Positions 50,357 to 59,359 of a stretch of 64,000 bases of DNA are shown piece by piece. The notes under the pieces are model-generated. The model was not told the DNA's origin. It saw only the letters and a list, made by a program, of their open reading frames with translations, and searched no databases. Made by a program: the position numbers and the translations under genes. Position 1 is the first letter of the stretch, and every line of letters starts with the position of its first letter. The DNA is from a virus. Location of the stretch: positions 1 to 64,000 of the IMG/VR virus record IMGVR_UViG_3300021961_000054; one strand, 5' to 3'.

Positions 50357-52729
50357 ATGGATTTATTCAATCCACCAAAACCATTCAATTACAAGATTAT
50401 GATAAAAGATTTGGACTTTTCAAAATTTGATAACCCAACAATACAAGTTGTATGGGAAGACCAACAAGAAAATTTCACACAAGATAAGATTAAAAGTGTT
50501 AAACACTACTTTCAAAAAAAGTATAACACTACTAACGTTAACATACTAACAAAGGTTAAAAACGTTGATCAAGAAACTGAACAAACAATAGATGTTTCAT
50601 TAAATGTAACTGACACTAACTATCAAACCAATTTACTTAAATCACATTTAAAAAATGTTGGTAATGAAGAATATCTAGAAAAAGTATTAGAGTTAAATCA
50701 AATTGTTGAGAACAAAATGCAAGAAAACAATGTTGATACCACACAATTTAAAAAGTGGTATATTAGAAACATTGAGTTTTCTAACTTTTTATCTTATGGT
50801 GAAAATCAAAGATTAGATTTTGACAAAATAGATGGTCTAATTGTTGTTGAATCAAACCCACCAAACTTTGGCGGTAAAACAGTTTTAACTGTCGACTTAC
50901 TAATGTTTTTATTTTTTAATGAAACAACAAAGACATCAAAAGCCGAAGAAGTTTTTAATAGGTTTAGTAATAGAGATGAAGTTAATGTTAAAGGTGAAAT
51001 TACTATTGATGGTGAGGACTATATCATAATTAGAAAAATTGAAAGAAAGAAGACTAAAAAAGGTGATTGGAATGTAAAAACAGAATTAGACTTCTTTAAA
51101 AAACTATCCGATGGTAGTCTACAAAACTTTACAGGAGAACAAAGACGAGAAACTGAAGCCTTTATTAAGAACTCAATTGGTACAAAAGAAGACTTCTTAA
51201 TGACAATTCTAACGACAGCCACAAATCTAGAAGAATTATTAGAATCAAAACCAACAGCTAGAGGACAGATCTTATCTAGATTTATGGGATTAGAGTTTTT
51301 AAAAACTAAAGAAGAAACCGGAAAAGAAATATATTCAGAATTTAATAAATCAAAACTATCAAATTTATATAATTCAGAAGAATTAAAAAATGGAATTGAA
51401 GACTATAAAAACGACATCATAGATTATGAAACAATAATCAAAGAATGCGAAGACGACTTACTTGAGATTGAAAATAATATCAAAAAAGGTAAATCGTATA
51501 GGGATGAAATGTTGAGTAAAAAACATATGGATATTGACAATGAAATATTAACATTAAATCCTGAAAAAACAAAAGAAAAAATCATAGAGTTAAATGGTGA
51601 AAAAGAAACCATTGTTACCAAACTAAAAGATTTAAACGTAATTGAACCATCCAAGTATTATCACGAAGATAAACACGATGAGGTTAAAGAGGAATATAGT
51701 ACATTAAACAAAGAACTAATTCAACTAGAAACAAAGATTGAGGACATTGAAAACCTAAAGTCATCAGTTGAAGGTGGAATTAAATGTGAACATTGCGGAA
51801 TTGAGCTTATGAACGCAGCAATTACAAATGCAAAAATTGCCGAACTTGATGGTTTTATCCTTCATAAAGGTAAGATAATTAAGTTAATGAGTGATTTATC
51901 CAACAAAGAACAAATATTTGTTAAGTTAAAAAAGGAGTTTGATGAGTATGAAAAAAATAAACTCATTAAAGAAAAGTACGACTTGAGTATTGAAGGATAT
52001 AATCTTAAAATTGAAAATCTAGAAACAAAATTAAAGAGATGGAACGAAATCCAGGATAAGGTCGTTACAAATAAAAAGATTGACGAAATGTTAATCAAAG
52101 CCGACTTAAGATTAGATGAATTAGACTCTTTAAAAACGACTAACAACACAAAGATTGCGACTAACAAAAAGAATATTGAAAATACACACGAAAAAATTAA
52201 AAACAACGAAAATCTTATAACAAAGATTAAAGATGAGGATGATAAAGATAGAATATATAAAATATATCTAGAACTTTATGGTAAGAATGGTATTTCTAAA
52301 ACTATAATGAAAACTATGATGCCATTAATTAATTCAGAACTACAAAGATTAATGGAGGATAGTTCATATTTTAAACTCGAAATAAGAATTAGTGAAAAAA
52401 ATGAGGTTGAGTTTATTATGATTGATAATGGTACTGGTATTGAAAAATTAATGATATCAGGATCTGGTTATGAAAAAACAATTGCATCACTAGCACTAAG
52501 AGCTGTATTAAGTAAAGTATGTTCACTACCAAAGCCAAACGTTGTTGTTTTTGATGAGGTTTTTGGTAAAATCTCAAATGAGAACTTAGAAATGGTCGCA
52601 GAGTTTTTTATTAAGATTAAAGAATACTTTGACAAAATATTTATAATAACACACAATCCAATTGTTAATCAATGGGCTGACTATGTTGTTAAGATTACTA
52701 AAGAAAATAATATATCAAAAATTGTATAA
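50357..52729 (+). CDS. sbcC: SbcC/Rad50/gp46-like SMC ATPase with N-terminal extension
   Basis: IEFSNFLSYG, Walker A NFGGKT, CEHC zinc hook, signature SGYEK, Walker B VVFDEVFG, IITHN. Confidence 0.88.
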   Translation: MDLFNPPKPFNYKIMIKDLDFSKFDNPTIQVVWEDQQENFTQDKIKSVKHYFQKKYNTTNVNILTKVKNVDQETEQTIDVSLNVTDTNYQTNLLKSHLKNVGNEEYLEKVLELNQIVENKMQENNVDTTQFKKWYIRNIEFSNFLSYGENQRLDFDKIDGLIVVESNPPNFGGKTVLTVDLLMFLFFNETTKTSKAEEVFNRFSNRDEVNVKGEITIDGEDYIIIRKIERKKTKKGDWNVKTELDFFKKLSDGSLQNFTGEQRRETEAFIKNSIGTKEDFLMTILTTATNLEELLESKPTARGQILSRFMGLEFLKTKEETGKEIYSEFNKSKLSNLYNSEELKNGIEDYKNDIIDYETIIKECEDDLLEIENNIKKGKSYRDEMLSKKHMDIDNEILTLNPEKTKEKIIELNGEKETIVTKLKDLNVIEPSKYYHEDKHDEVKEEYSTLNKELIQLETKIEDIENLKSSVEGGIKCEHCGIELMNAAITNAKIAELDGFILHKGKIIKLMSDLSNKEQIFVKLKKEFDEYEKNKLIKEKYDLSIEGYNLKIENLETKLKRWNEIQDKVVTNKKIDEMLIKADLRLDELDSLKTTNNTKIATNKKNIENTHEKIKNNENLITKIKDEDDKDRIYKIYLELYGKNGISKTIMKTMMPLINSELQRLMEDSSYFKLEIRISEKNEVEFIMIDNGTGIEKLMISGSGYEKTIASLALRAVLSKVCSLPKPNVVVFDEVFGKISNENLEMVAEFFIKIKEYFDKIFIITHNPIVNQWADYVVKITKENNISKIV

Positions 52730-52757
52730 TAATTTTTTTTTAAGAAAGATTATTTTA

Positions 52758-52765
52758 TATATTTG
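52758..52765 (+). promoter_or_regulatory. Bacteroidota -7 promoter element TATATTTG
   Basis: TAnnTTTG 14 nt upstream of ATG 52780; -33 element not clear. Confidence 0.5.
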
Positions 52766-52779
52766 TAAAAAATAAATCT

Positions 52780-53307
52780 ATGAAATACTTACTTTTTATT
52801 TACCCATGTGATAATACTTGGGACAAAGACGAACACAACAAGATTGTCGCAACAGAGATATCAACAGTGATTGAATCAGTTGAGGTTAAATTCATTTTTG
52901 GTGAAAACCATTCAATATTTCATTTTAATAGTGGACTATCATATTCTGAATTGGAAATTTTTGTTGAGCTATTAAAAGATGATGTCCCAGAATTTATGTA
53001 CTTTATCGTTGAAGATGCAAAAAATGTTGCGTCAAATATGGATAAAAATCATTTAACTTATTTAATGGATTTAGAGGTCAAGCCAAAAAAGAAGAATAGA
53101 ATTAAAGATATATTTAAAAATAATCAAGACATCTTTAGTTTTTATAATTTAACTAAAATAATAAACAATGATCAGTATAATTTCTTAAAAGAGGAGACCT
53201 GTGATTTGACTATTGATGAAATTTTAGATAAAATTATAGAACAAGGTATTGACTCTTTGACAAAACTAGAAAAATTGAAATTAGATGAATATTCAAAAGA
53301 ACAATAA
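52780..53307 (+). CDS. Hypothetical protein with C-terminal DUF6576-like motif
   Basis: IDEILDKIIEQGIDSLTKLEKLKL. Confidence 0.6.
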   Translation: MKYLLFIYPCDNTWDKDEHNKIVATEISTVIESVEVKFIFGENHSIFHFNSGLSYSELEIFVELLKDDVPEFMYFIVEDAKNVASNMDKNHLTYLMDLEVKPKKKNRIKDIFKNNQDIFSFYNLTKIINNDQYNFLKEETCDLTIDEILDKIIEQGIDSLTKLEKLKLDEYSKEQ

Positions 53308-53308
53308 T

Positions 53309-54109
53309 ATGAAGGAAAAAAATAGTGGAGCACCAATAAACCAAGAAGAGATTTACCATTACCTAAAAGATATTAGGGGTATTAAGGTTATGACACCTGA
53401 AAGAGAAAAGGAGTTGGCAACTATTATGAAATCAGCTGACACAAGTCAGAGAGAACGTGATAGGATTGAAAGAGAATTACTTGAGGGTAATTTAAGGTTT
53501 GTAATTACTGTTGCAAAAAAATATCAAAACCAAGGTTTAGATCTTTCTGATTTAATTGCAGAAGGTAATTTAGGACTTATGAAGGCAATCAAAAACTTTG
53601 ATTGGAGTAAAGACCTAAGATTTATTTCTTATGCTGTTTGGTGGGTTAAACAGTCAATTCTACAATCATTAAATGATAACTCTAGAACAATTAGACTTCC
53701 AGTTAATGTAATCCAAGATTTACATAAAGCAAAAAAAGAAGTCGAGCAAAGTGGTAATAAATTAGATGATAGATTTGCTGAACTACCATCGATTATTAAT
53801 CTAGATATGAACATTAACGATGAGGGTGACACCCTAATTGATATCATTAGAAACAATGAAGCTGAATCACCCGATGCTGCATTTGATACTAAAGATATTT
53901 TAAAAACTAAATTAATTTCACTTTTAGATAATTTAGATAATAGAGAAAAATCAATTGTTGGTGATTACTTTGGTCTAACAGGAACACCAAGAACTTTGGA
54001 AGATATTGGCTCTGACTTTAATTTAACAAAGGAAAGGGTTAGACAAATAAAAGAAAAAGCATTAAGACGATTACGTAATGAATCATCTGAATTATTTGAT
54101 TATTTATAG
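53309..54109 (+). CDS. RNA polymerase sigma-70 factor, Bacteroidota primary-sigma type (no region 1.1)
   Basis: YLKDI, NLRFVITVAKKYQNQGLDLSDLIAEGNLGL, FISYAVWWVKQSI, TIRLP, TLEDIG..LTKERVRQIKEKALRRL; start likely 53309. Confidence 0.93.
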   Translation: MKEKNSGAPINQEEIYHYLKDIRGIKVMTPEREKELATIMKSADTSQRERDRIERELLEGNLRFVITVAKKYQNQGLDLSDLIAEGNLGLMKAIKNFDWSKDLRFISYAVWWVKQSILQSLNDNSRTIRLPVNVIQDLHKAKKEVEQSGNKLDDRFAELPSIINLDMNINDEGDTLIDIIRNNEAESPDAAFDTKDILKTKLISLLDNLDNREKSIVGDYFGLTGTPRTLEDIGSDFNLTKERVRQIKEKALRRLRNESSELFDYL

Positions 54110-54112
54110 TAT

Positions 54113-54964
54113 ATGAATGTATTAAGTTTATTTGACGGAATTAGCTGTGGACAGATAGCACTAGAAAGGTGTGGTATTGATTATGAAAATTACTTTGCAT
54201 CAGAAATTGATAAGTATGCAATCCAAATCACACAAAAGAATTATCCTAACACAACCCAACTAGGGGATATTACAAACCTAAAGACAAGTGATTTACCAAA
54301 GATAGATATTGTTTTTGGTGGATCTCCTTGTCAATCATTTAGTAATCTAGGTAATGGAAAAGGATTTGATGGTAAGAGTGGTTTATTTTGGGAATATGTT
54401 AGAGTTTTAAACGAACTAAAAGAAACAAATCCAGATATTTTATTTCTTTTAGAAAATGTTAAAATGAAAAAAGAGTGGCAAGATATTATATCAGAAGCTT
54501 TAGGTGTTAAACCAATTGAGATTAATAGTAGATTAGTTTCAGCACAAAATAGGCCAAGACTATATTGGACCAATATCCCAAACATAACACAACCAAAAAA
54601 TAAAAAACTAAAACTAAAAGATGTTTTAGAAAAAAATGTCGATAACAAGTTTTATTTATCTGAAGCTGCAGTTAATAGAATTACCGCAAGCAAATTTGGT
54701 AGAGAGTTCGCAACTATTGATACAGAAAAAACTAGAACTCTCACAGCGGGATATTATAAGATTCCCTCGGATGGTGCGTACTTTAGTGAAGGCGAAAGAA
54801 AAAGAAAGTATACCCCAAAAGAGTTTGAAAGATTACAAACACTACCAGAGGATTATACAAAAGATTTAAGTAACTCACAGAGATACAAAACAATTGGAAA
54901 TGGATGGACTGTTGATGTGATTTCTCATATATTTTCACATATCCCTGTGAAAGTAATAGTATAA
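54113..54964 (+). CDS. DNA (cytosine-5)-methyltransferase, tandem copy 1
   Basis: VLSLFDG, GGSPCQ, LLENV, SAQNRPRLYW, IGNGWTVDV. Confidence 0.93.
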   Translation: MNVLSLFDGISCGQIALERCGIDYENYFASEIDKYAIQITQKNYPNTTQLGDITNLKTSDLPKIDIVFGGSPCQSFSNLGNGKGFDGKSGLFWEYVRVLNELKETNPDILFLLENVKMKKEWQDIISEALGVKPIEINSRLVSAQNRPRLYWTNIPNITQPKNKKLKLKDVLEKNVDNKFYLSEAAVNRITASKFGREFATIDTEKTRTLTAGYYKIPSDGAYFSEGERKRKYTPKEFERLQTLPEDYTKDLSNSQRYKTIGNGWTVDVISHIFSHIPVKVIV

Positions 54965-54969
54965 AAATT

Positions 54970-55854
54970 ATGAATGTATTAAGTTTATTTGATGGAATTA
55001 GTTGTGGTAGATTAGCCCTTGATAGAGCTAATATAAAGTACGATAGATACTATTCTAGTGAGATAGACAAGAAAGCCATTGAGGTTGCTATGTGTAACTA
55101 TCCAGACACAATACAAATTGGGGATATAAAAAAAATCAATACGTCATTTGCACCAAAAATAGATTTAATCATTGGCGGCTCCCCTTGTCAATCATTTAGT
55201 AGATCAGGAGATGGAACCGGGTTTAAAGGTAAGAGTGGATTATTTTGGGAGTACGTAAGAGTTTTAAAAGGACTAAACCCAAAGTATTTTTTACTAGAAA
55301 ATGTTGTAATGAAAAAAGAGTGGGAGGATATTATAACTGAAGCTATTGGTGTTGAACCATTTATGATTGATAGTAAATTCTTTTCTGCACAAAAAAGACA
55401 AAGATTATATTGGACCAATATCCCATTCGATAAAAATATTGTTGATAGAAACATCAATATATTAGACATATTAGAACCAAATGGCGATGAGAAAATAATA
55501 AATGATCACCCAGTTGTAATTAGTGAAACTAATAATATTTTTAAAATTAGAAACGCAACAAAATTAGGTTACCTTGAAGCCATTAATGGTGATTGCGTTA
55601 ATCTAGAAGTCCCAAATAGTAAGACAAGAAGAGGTAGGGTAAGCAATGGAAAAACAAATACATTAAACACCGCTTGTAATTATGGAGTTGTTGTTAATGA
55701 TAATATTAGAGAATTAAACATAACAGAATACGAGAGATTACAAACATTACCTGATGGTTTCACAGAAGGCCCATCAATTAGGGAAAGAAAAAAAATGATT
55801 GGTAATGGTTGGACAGTTGATGTAATTTCTCATATATTTAAAGGTATAAAATAA
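54970..55854 (+). CDS. DNA (cytosine-5)-methyltransferase, tandem copy 2
   Basis: Same motifs, different variable region. Confidence 0.93.
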   Translation: MNVLSLFDGISCGRLALDRANIKYDRYYSSEIDKKAIEVAMCNYPDTIQIGDIKKINTSFAPKIDLIIGGSPCQSFSRSGDGTGFKGKSGLFWEYVRVLKGLNPKYFLLENVVMKKEWEDIITEAIGVEPFMIDSKFFSAQKRQRLYWTNIPFDKNIVDRNINILDILEPNGDEKIINDHPVVISETNNIFKIRNATKLGYLEAINGDCVNLEVPNSKTRRGRVSNGKTNTLNTACNYGVVVNDNIRELNITEYERLQTLPDGFTEGPSIRERKKMIGNGWTVDVISHIFKGIK

Positions 55855-55859
55855 AAACT

Positions 55860-56735
55860 ATGAACGTATTAAGCTTATTTGATGGAATGTCGTGTGGACA
55901 AATCGCACTAGAAAGGATTGGAATTAAAGTTGAAAACTATTATGCTAGCGAAATAAAAAAACATGCAATCCAGGTAACACAAAAAAACTACCCAAACACA
56001 ATACAAGTTGGTGATGTTACAAAACTAAAAGGTAGTGATTTACCAAAAATTGATTTACTAATTGGTGGATCACCATGTCAAGACTTTAGTAGGGCCAATA
56101 AAACAAAAAAAGGTCTTGATGGAGATAAGAGTGGACTATTTTGGGAATATGTTAGACTAGTAAAAGAAACAAAACCAACCTATTTTCTTTTGGAAAATGT
56201 TAAAATGAAAAAAGAGTGGCAAGATATTATTTCAGAAGAGCTTGGTGTACAACCAGTTAAAATTAATTCATCTTTAGTTACTGGAATGTTAAGAGAACGT
56301 TTTTATTGGACTAATATACCATTCGATACCAATATTAAAGATAAAGGAATTAAATTAGCCGATATTATTGATGATGGATATGTTGATCGAGAAAAGGGTT
56401 ATTGTCTACTCGAAAGTTATTCTAGACCATTAAAAACACCAGCTAAAATCGCTAGAAGATATTTCCTATACGGATTTTGGCAAGTTGTATTCAAAGATGA
56501 AGAAACCTATAATAGACTAAAAGAAGATTATAACTTAGCTCAAGAAGGTGATGTTAGATATATGACACACGAAGAAATGGAAAGAGCACAAAGTGTACCA
56601 CCTGGATACACATCAGATTTAACAAGAAATGAATCAGCATGCCTTTTAGGTGACGGATGGACAGTCGATGTTATAGCACATATATTCCAAGGACTAAAAG
56701 TTGAAAAAAATATCGAAAAAGTTATTGTAGATTAA
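55860..56735 (+). CDS. DNA (cytosine-5)-methyltransferase, tandem copy 3
   Basis: Same motifs; divergent motif VIII (TGMLRERFYW) and motif X (LGDGWTVDV). Confidence 0.9.
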   Translation: MNVLSLFDGMSCGQIALERIGIKVENYYASEIKKHAIQVTQKNYPNTIQVGDVTKLKGSDLPKIDLLIGGSPCQDFSRANKTKKGLDGDKSGLFWEYVRLVKETKPTYFLLENVKMKKEWQDIISEELGVQPVKINSSLVTGMLRERFYWTNIPFDTNIKDKGIKLADIIDDGYVDREKGYCLLESYSRPLKTPAKIARRYFLYGFWQVVFKDEETYNRLKEDYNLAQEGDVRYMTHEEMERAQSVPPGYTSDLTRNESACLLGDGWTVDVIAHIFQGLKVEKNIEKVIVD

Positions 56736-56753
56736 AAATTATTCCTATCTTTG
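56725..56753 (+). promoter_or_regulatory. Bacteroidota-type promoter (TTG-N18-TATCTTTG)
   Basis: TATCTTTG at 56746..56753 upstream of the small accessory genes. Confidence 0.65.
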
Positions 56754-56782
56754 TTTAAGATAATTAATTAAAGAATATTAAA

Positions 56783-57076
56783 ATGAGCGTAACCTACTTC
56801 AACCGACACGAAAATATGGATTCAGAAACTCGATTTATGATTCTCGATGTAATCAAAGAACTTTGCTATAAATGTGAAACAACAAACACCGCAAGAATCG
56901 AAAATTGGTTATATGGTACATTCGATGGATATGATTATTCTGAAGTTGCAATTAAATCTAAAGAACTTACTGAACTCACTCACGAAAACGTGGACCTTGC
57001 CTGTAAAGTAACCGACATCTTTGCTATCATTGAAAAATATCCTAGAACGGCAGAACCTAACAATAATCAATTTTAA
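56783..57076 (+). CDS. Hypothetical protein (97 aa), probable early gene
   Basis: ORF behind a host-type promoter. Confidence 0.7.
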   Translation: MSVTYFNRHENMDSETRFMILDVIKELCYKCETTNTARIENWLYGTFDGYDYSEVAIKSKELTELTHENVDLACKVTDIFAIIEKYPRTAEPNNNQF

Positions 57077-57327
57077 ACATTTAAACCAAAACAAAGATGA
57101 CTAAGAAGATGACAGCAGTTGAACGGTTAGAAGATGAGATTAATAAAGTTTTATTACATCTACCAATTGAAAGAGATGAAGTAAAAATTCTTATTCAACA
57201 AGCCAAACAGATGGAGAAAGAGCAGATGAAAGATTGCTATTGGTACGGTGATTATGACGGACGTAATGGCTCAGATAGAAACTTTGAACAATACTACAAC
57301 GAAACATTTAAACCAAAACAAAGATGA
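57075..57327 (+). repeat. Perfect 26-bp direct repeat bracketing one gene
   Basis: AAACATTTAAACCAAAACAAAGATGA at 57075..57100 and 57302..57327. Confidence 0.9.
57097..57327 (+). CDS. Small protein of the TAVE..AKxMEKEQ..EQYYNETF type seen in Bacteroidota phages
   Basis: Motif pattern recalled from memory; function unknown. Confidence 0.7.
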   Translation: MTKKMTAVERLEDEINKVLLHLPIERDEVKILIQQAKQMEKEQMKDCYWYGDYDGRNGSDRNFEQYYNETFKPKQR

Positions 57328-57539
57328 GTAAAGAAGAAGAAATTAAAAAAATATTACTTGAGTCTGGATTTGAAGATAAAGACATAATGTTTGGTACAAC
57401 AAATTTTGGAACTGGTGACAAATATTTAAGGGTTGGTTATTGGAGACCATTATCATATGAATTAGTAGAAAAACTAAACTTATATGAAGATCGGTATTAC
57501 GATGAAGATTGTGGTTATAAATACTCTTATGAATATTAA
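57324..57539 (+). CDS. Hypothetical protein (71 aa)
   Basis: ATGA-coupled ORF. Confidence 0.7.
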   Translation: MSKEEEIKKILLESGFEDKDIMFGTTNFGTGDKYLRVGYWRPLSYELVEKLNLYEDRYYDEDCGYKYSYEY

Positions 57540-57546
57540 TTAACCT

Positions 57547-57577
57547 AAAACCATACAATTATCTGTATGGTTTTTTA
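57547..57577 (+). terminator. Rho-independent terminator
   Basis: AAAACCATACA-ATTATC-TGTATGGTTTT followed by more Ts. Confidence 0.8.
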
Positions 57578-57615
57578 TTTTTTAATAAAAATAATATTTA
57601 TATAAAAAAGAAAGT

Positions 57616-57948
57616 ATGAAAAAATTTATTGATTTAGTTAAAAAATATAAAGTTTACATTTTAACTATACTATTACTATTTTACTTTTTTAGATCATGTT
57701 CTAAATCTACTGAAATTAAAAAATTAACAAGAGAAGTTAATAATAATGATTTAGTTGTTGACAGCCTAAAAAATGAAATAAAACTAAGACAACAAAAAAT
57801 CGATAGTGTACCTGAAATAATTAGAATTGAAAAAATTAATATTCATCTTGAATATGATGAGTGGATTTCTTCTAAGGATAGAGGACAACAATTAATGGAA
57901 TTACATTCTATTGTTAAAAATAACGTTAAAAACTTACAAAAAAAATAA
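57616..57948 (+). CDS. N-terminally anchored coiled-coil protein (possible spanin/lipoprotein)
   Basis: VYILTILLLFYFFRSC hydrophobic segment ending in Cys, then coiled coil; TATTTAT upstream. Confidence 0.5.
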   Translation: MKKFIDLVKKYKVYILTILLLFYFFRSCSKSTEIKKLTREVNNNDLVVDSLKNEIKLRQQKIDSVPEIIRIEKINIHLEYDEWISSKDRGQQLMELHSIVKNNVKNLQKK

Positions 57949-57952
57949 TATT

Positions 57953-58120
57953 ATGATTAATTGGGTAAATTCCTGGAAAAGTGGTAATAAAAAAAATAAA
58001 TATAGTCTAACATTTAGATTAGGCACATTAACAGTATTTGAATTTAAATTTTGTCCCTGCAATAATGAAAGTTGTAGTAAGTTTAGATTTATGATATTTA
58101 ATTTAGGTTTTGAATTATGA
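57953..58120 (+). CDS. Small hypothetical protein (55 aa)
   Basis: ATG 57953 more plausible than the track start 57911. Confidence 0.6.
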   Translation: MINWVNSWKSGNKKNKYSLTFRLGTLTVFEFKFCPCNNESCSKFRFMIFNLGFEL

Positions 58121-58782
58121 AACAAATTTGGAGCTGGATAAAAAATAACCCCATTAGATCCATGTTCCTACTACCAATACTATTGGTTGCAGGAATCTCG
58201 ATATCACACGTTGTATCTTGGTATGATATGGCAAACCCAATAAGTTGGGCAATATACCTATCAATAGCAATTGAGGTTGGTGCAATAACAGCACTAGTCG
58301 CAGCAACAAATAGAGTAAAAGGTGGTATATGGTTTATGTTTGGGATAGTTACATTTATTCAGATGCTTGGGAATATATTTTACTCATATAAAGAAATTGA
58401 TCCTAATGGTGATTTATTTAAATCCTGGGTAGAATTAACAGGACCAGTATGGGAAGCTATGGGAACAGAATTAACTGACACTATAGGAATGAAAAGATGG
58501 TTAGCATTTTTAGAAGGAGGATTATTACCTATCATATCATTAACATCATTACACTTTTTTGTTAAATATGAAGAGCCTAGCGAAAAAACCGCTAAGGTAG
58601 AAACCGAGGATGAGGAGGAGAGTAAAGCCAAGAGGGTTAAAGCCCCAACTCCCACCCCGGTTTTATCTGACGAAGAGTATTTTGATGAACTACCAATAAC
58701 AAAAACTGAAGAACTAGAAGAAAGGATTGAAAAAAAGAATAAAAGGTTAGTCTACACAAAAAATAATGGAGATAATCAATAA
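58117..58782 (+). CDS. Multi-pass membrane protein (about 4 TM), possible holin-like
   Basis: Four hydrophobic helices and a charged tail; adjacent to the amidase-fold gene. Confidence 0.5.
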   Translation: MKQIWSWIKNNPIRSMFLLPILLVAGISISHVVSWYDMANPISWAIYLSIAIEVGAITALVAATNRVKGGIWFMFGIVTFIQMLGNIFYSYKEIDPNGDLFKSWVELTGPVWEAMGTELTDTIGMKRWLAFLEGGLLPIISLTSLHFFVKYEEPSEKTAKVETEDEEESKAKRVKAPTPTPVLSDEEYFDELPITKTEELEERIEKKNKRLVYTKNNGDNQ

Positions 58783-59359
58783 AATAATAGAGTCAAATAA
58801 GACATCAACAAATATTAAAAAACAGATTGTACTCACTCACACATCAATTAATGTTAAGTCTTACTTAAAATCCTTAAAATTAAGACATTTTGGTAACTAT
58901 GATAAAATACCAAATTATGTAATAACAAAAGAAGGTTACATTTTAAATACATTAGAAGATAATCAATACAGTAATTTACTAAGCCAAAAACTGATAAATT
59001 CTAAATCAATTACAATATCATTAGAGAATTTAGGATGGTTAGAAAAAGAACCATTAAAAAATTACCACATTAACTGGATTGGTGATATTTATAAAGAAAA
59101 AGTTTTTGAAAAGAAATGGAGAGAAAAGTTTTTTTGGGATCCATATACTGAAAAACAAATTGATAGTTTAGTTTTTTTATGTAAAAAATTATGTAAAAAC
59201 TATAAAATAGATTTAAAAAGTATTGGACATAACACTAAAATAAAAGGAACAGAATCTTTTAATGGAATTATATGTAGATCTAATTTTGATGAAACAAAAA
59301 CAGATTTAAGTCCAGCATTTGATTTTGAATTATTTGAAAAAAAATTAACAAATGAGTAA
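58766..59359 (+). CDS. N-acetylmuramoyl-L-alanine amidase (Amidase_2) fold protein with degenerate active site
   Basis: QIVLTHT, NYVITKEG, SITISLEN, YTEKQIDSL, KTDLSPAFD. Confidence 0.7.
   Translation: MEIINKIIESNKTSTNIKKQIVLTHTSINVKSYLKSLKLRHFGNYDKIPNYVITKEGYILNTLEDNQYSNLLSQKLINSKSITISLENLGWLEKEPLKNYHINWIGDIYKEKVFEKKWREKFFWDPYTEKQIDSLVFLCKKLCKNYKIDLKSIGHNTKIKGTESFNGIICRSNFDETKTDLSPAFDFELFEKKLTNE

Noticed and set aside
54113-56735. Restriction-modification system or assembly-induced triplication
   Set aside because: No adjacent endonuclease, and the three copies are substantially diverged with unrelated variable regions.
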